From: an uncultured bacterium | Lineage (GTDB): Bacteria > Poribacteria > WGA-4E > UBA9662 | Reading direction: 5' to 3' | NCBI GenBank assembly: GCA_964451145.1 | Contig: CAYVHK010000005.1 | Span: forward strand, 1 to 55,060 | DNA length: 55,060 bases | In this document: positions 52,367-55,060 of the stretch, piece by piece | Numbering within the stretch: the first letter of the stretch is position 1 | Layout of the letters: each line of letters starts with the position of its first letter | Position numbers and translations under genes: made by a program | The notes under the pieces: generated by a model | What the model saw: the letters and a program-made list of their open reading frames with translations, nothing else | Databases searched by the model: none | What the model was told of the DNA's origin: nothing

Positions 52367-53479
52367 TTACACATCAGATTTCATAGCCACAACAGTCTCC
52401 TCAATTACGTTTATCAATCGATTTATATCATCGAGATTCAGATCTCCGATGGTACCAATTCGAAATGTATCGTGGTTAGAAACCTTGCCAGGGTAAATAA
52501 CAAACTGTCTTTTTTTTAGTTTTTGGTAAAAGGTTGAAAAATCAAACCATTTCTCTTTCGGATAACAAAAGGCTGTGATGATAGGGGACTGAAAGTCATT
52601 GTCAAGCAATGGGTTAAAACCGAGAGAACACATACCTTCAACTAGAGCTTTTTGGCAAGCTGTGTATCGTTCATATCTAGCATTAATACCACCCTCATGG
52701 GCCAATTCCTCTAAAGCTTGACGAAAAGCTAATAATGTGTGTGTTGGTGAAGTGTAACGCCATTTACCGCCATGTGTTTCCATGGTTTTCCATTGATCAT
52801 AAAGGTCTAAACTCAAGGAGCGAGCATACCCTTTCGTATTTTCAAATTTTTTCTGATTACAGATAACAAAAGCAAAACCAGGTACGCCTTGAATACACTT
52901 GTTTGCCGAAGATATTAGATAATCAATGCCTATTTCATCTATCATAAATGGAATACCACCAAAGCTAGACATAGCATCCAAAACTAACGTTTGATTGTAC
53001 TTTTTGATAGTCTGACCTATTTCTCTGATTGGATTCAGAATGCCGGTTGTAGTTTCACAATGAACCATTGCAACATGTGTGATGGATGAATCTGTCGATA
53101 GTATTTGGTCAAGTTTTCGAGGGTCAGGACGTTTTGTTTCACTACATTTCATTTCGGTAAAGGCGATGTTAAGCCTATTAGCAATTAAACAAATTCGTTT
53201 GCCATATGCACCGTTAGTGATAATTAGTAATTTTCCTTCAGGGGGAACCACGGACCCAATTGTTGATTCCACAGCGAAAGTACCACTTCCCTGCATGAGG
53301 ACACTTGTATATGAATTGGTGGCGGTTGCTAGGTAGAGAATACGGGCACGCACTTGCTGTACAATGTTATTGTAATCACTGTCCCAGGTTGAAAGGTCAA
53401 CCAGCATGGATTCTTTTACTGATCGGGTAGTGGTTAGTGGGCCCGGTGTTAATAGTAGATATGGTCTATCTTCGATCAT
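52367..53479 (-). CDS. phnW: 2-aminoethylphosphonate--pyruvate transaminase
   Basis: Matches remembered Salmonella PhnW along the full length: YLLLTPGPLTTTRSVKESML.D..TWDSDY, SVLMQGSGTFAVES, NGAYGKR, HCETTTGILNP, DAMSSFGGIP, DYLISSANKCIQGVPGFAFVI (PLP-Lys), SLSLDLYDQW, GKWRYTSPTH, SPIITAF, FVIYPGKVS..FRIG. Confidence 0.9.
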   Translation of the reverse strand: MIEDRPYLLLTPGPLTTTRSVKESMLVDLSTWDSDYNNIVQQVRARILYLATATNSYTSVLMQGSGTFAVESTIGSVVPPEGKLLIITNGAYGKRICLIANRLNIAFTEMKCSETKRPDPRKLDQILSTDSSITHVAMVHCETTTGILNPIREIGQTIKKYNQTLVLDAMSSFGGIPFMIDEIGIDYLISSANKCIQGVPGFAFVICNQKKFENTKGYARSLSLDLYDQWKTMETHGGKWRYTSPTHTLLAFRQALEELAHEGGINARYERYTACQKALVEGMCSLGFNPLLDNDFQSPIITAFCYPKEKWFDFSTFYQKLKKRQFVIYPGKVSNHDTFRIGTIGDLNLDDINRLINVIEETVVAMKSDV

Positions 53480-53688
53480 GAGTTATGTGTTATTCAAACA
53501 TGAAATGGATTTTGTATCAAATAAATATCAGGTCTAAAATAGATGACCGGCATTTCATCTCCAGTATTAATAATACTTCATCCACCCAAGTTGTTTTGCT
53601 CAGACACCTTTACCATTTGATAAAACTATTTCCACTAATCATAGTCTTACTTTGATAAAAATCCAGTACTCCGAGTTAATATTTATCT

Positions 53689-54351
53689 TCAATCTCGAAG
53701 TTCTTGCCATGAGACCGGTGCCACCTGATATGCTAAATTATCAATCTGATTAGCCACTAGTTGAGTTTCATATTGTGCATCTGGTTTGCAACGTAGGTTG
53801 CAAACTCGGGCAAAGGCAAACAGCGTGCCCGACCAATACCATTCAGTCATCATCGACTGCGGTAAAATCAGTCTCGCTTGCTCTGGACTAACTTCAGCAT
53901 CAATGAGTTGATTATAATGAAGAACTGCCTGATGACAGGCTGATTCATAAGTCTTCGTCCATTGATTGTTTACTACTTCGCTACTACTCCCTTGATTCTT
54001 ATCTGTAGCTCGCCCTCGCCATGAATCTGGCACATAAAAGGTCGGTGGGAAATCAACATATCGACGACTAATCTCGTTCCAAACCAATCCAACTTGGTGT
54101 TTGACCAGTTGTCGTGCCACGAAAATTGGGGCTTGAATGTGAAACTGTAATGAGACATGGCCAAATGGGGTCCAGTGCCCATGAGAAGCCAAATATGTAA
54201 TCAACCGTTTGTCTTTGTTGTTAAATTTGGTTTTTTTCTTTCCAAAAGAAACCCGAGCTGCGTTCACTACTGTCAAATCATCACCCATAGAATCTATCAA
54301 GGAAACGGGCATCTCTGTGGTCGCATACTGGGATACAGCCATATCAGTCAT
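53689..54351 (-). CDS. ThyX (flavin-dependent thymidylate synthase) family protein with a non-canonical signature motif
   Basis: Collinear with remembered T. maritima ThyX: [82 protein letters not shown]. The canonical RHR...S.RY reads KHQ...SRRY here. Confidence 0.75.
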   Translation of the reverse strand: [220 protein letters not shown]

Positions 54352-54360
54352 AATTCACCT

Positions 54361-54464
54361 AAAATCGGCCTATCATACCATAAGTGATAATCAATCTGTC
54401 AGCGGTGCTTTAAGATTGACGAAATCGGCCAACTATCTTAGAATCACGTATATGGAGATCGGCG
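54361..54464. promoter_or_regulatory. Repeated AAATCGGCC boxes in the divergent thyX-like / enolase-superfamily intergenic region
   Basis: aAAATCGGCC at 54361-54370 and gAAATCGGCC at 54421-54430, exactly 60 bp apart. A degenerate third copy gAGATCGGCG lies at 54455-54464. All are on the same strand within the 117-bp gap. Confidence 0.4.
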
Positions 54465-54468
54465 ATAT

Positions 54469-55060
54469 ATGATAACAATTACCAAAGTTGAAATTTTAAC
54501 TAATCAAGAACCAATCGAATTTGCCGAGCCTTGGCGACCAGCTTGGACAGAACCAAATGGTCAATATTCCACTACTTTAAATCTATCTTTATACAAAGTT
54601 TACACCGATCAAGGCATCATTGGATATGGTCCCAACATAGGTGGAGATCCAACACTACTGAAAGAGCAAGACCCATTACAAATTCGTCACTTTTGGTATC
54701 ATCACATGAGTGGTAAGCGTGCCGGAAATTGGGGTAAACGGGCTGCAGGCTTGGAGATTGCACTGTGGGATATCATTGGGAAATCAGCCAAATTACCTGT
54801 AGCTCAATTATTAGGAGCAAGGCACCAAAAAATTCCTGTTTATGCAGCTACCAGCCGATTGCTGGAAATTCAACAACATATCGATCAAGTAAAAGTGCTA
54901 ATCGATCTTGGTTTCAAGGCTGTTAAATTACGACTTCATCGCCCCAACCCACTGGATGATTTGGCCATGGTTGCCGCTGTTCGAGAGGCGGTAGGGAATA
55001 AGGTGGAGATTTTGGTTGATGCCAATCAAAATAATGCTTCGTCGCCCATAGGTGAAGGAT
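54469..55060 (+). CDS. Enolase-superfamily (mandelate racemase/muconate lactonizing enzyme-like) protein, N-terminal 197 aa; continues past the window end
   Basis: Not in the ORF track because it is open-ended. My translation from ATG 54469 has no stop to 55060: MITITKVEILTNQEPIEF...YKVYTDQGIIGYG...GLEIALWDIIGKSAKLPVAQLLGA...VKLRL...LAMVAAVREAVGNKVEILVDANQ. The capping domain plus the GLEIALWD and VDAN motifs are typical of MR/MLE members. Confidence 0.75.
   Translation, partial: MITITKVEILTNQEPIEFAEPWRPAWTEPNGQYSTTLNLSLYKVYTDQGIIGYGPNIGGDPTLLKEQDPLQIRHFWYHHMSGKRAGNWGKRAAGLEIALWDIIGKSAKLPVAQLLGARHQKIPVYAATSRLLEIQQHIDQVKVLIDLGFKAVKLRLHRPNPLDDLAMVAAVREAVGNKVEILVDANQNNASSPIGEG

Overview
AT-rich (about 40% GC by eye) chromosomal segment from a diderm-type bacterium. 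It uses the standard genetic code: TAA, TAG and TGA all close long ORFs, and none of the large genes has an internal TGA. Most of the window is core housekeeping. In coordinate order: a partial tRNA-Gln, a disrupted ispE, rpoC-rpoB, a decayed PqaA-type pseudogene, groEL-groES, a Gfo/Idh/MocA oxidoreductase, murB, argC, a stand-alone dsRBD protein, a partial dcw cluster (murD-ftsW-murG-murC-ftsQ-ftsA, no adjacent ftsZ), a sigma54 response regulator with a double beta-propeller lipoprotein, lipoprotein msrA, a CRTAC1/ASPIC-type FG-GAP protein, ftsY, smc, a 1285-aa HEAT-repeat lipoprotein and a fused glyQS. Next comes a six-gene minus-strand operon: TPR/HEAT protein, membrane protein, phosphohexomutase, YvcK/GlmR-like protein, secreted 297-aa protein, HEXXH metallopeptidase-like protein. 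The window ends with a looser accessory block: NAGPA-like and CBM9-like secreted proteins, phnW, a divergent ThyX-like gene and a partial enolase-superfamily gene. I found no CRISPR array, rRNA, transposase, integrase or recognisable defence system. I cannot point to one clear-cut novel system. The items most worth follow-up are: (1) the ThyX-like gene whose RHR motif reads KHQ, with repeated AAATCGGCC boxes in its divergent promoter region; (2) the dsRBD-only protein heading the dcw genes; (3) the orphan sigma54 activator coupled to a PQQ-propeller/SH3/TolB-propeller lipoprotein; (4) the YvcK-phosphohexomutase-metallopeptidase operon; (5) gene decay (ispE, PqaA-like) in an otherwise core region. 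All calls rest on reading the sequence and ORF track and on remembered family motifs. No searches were run.
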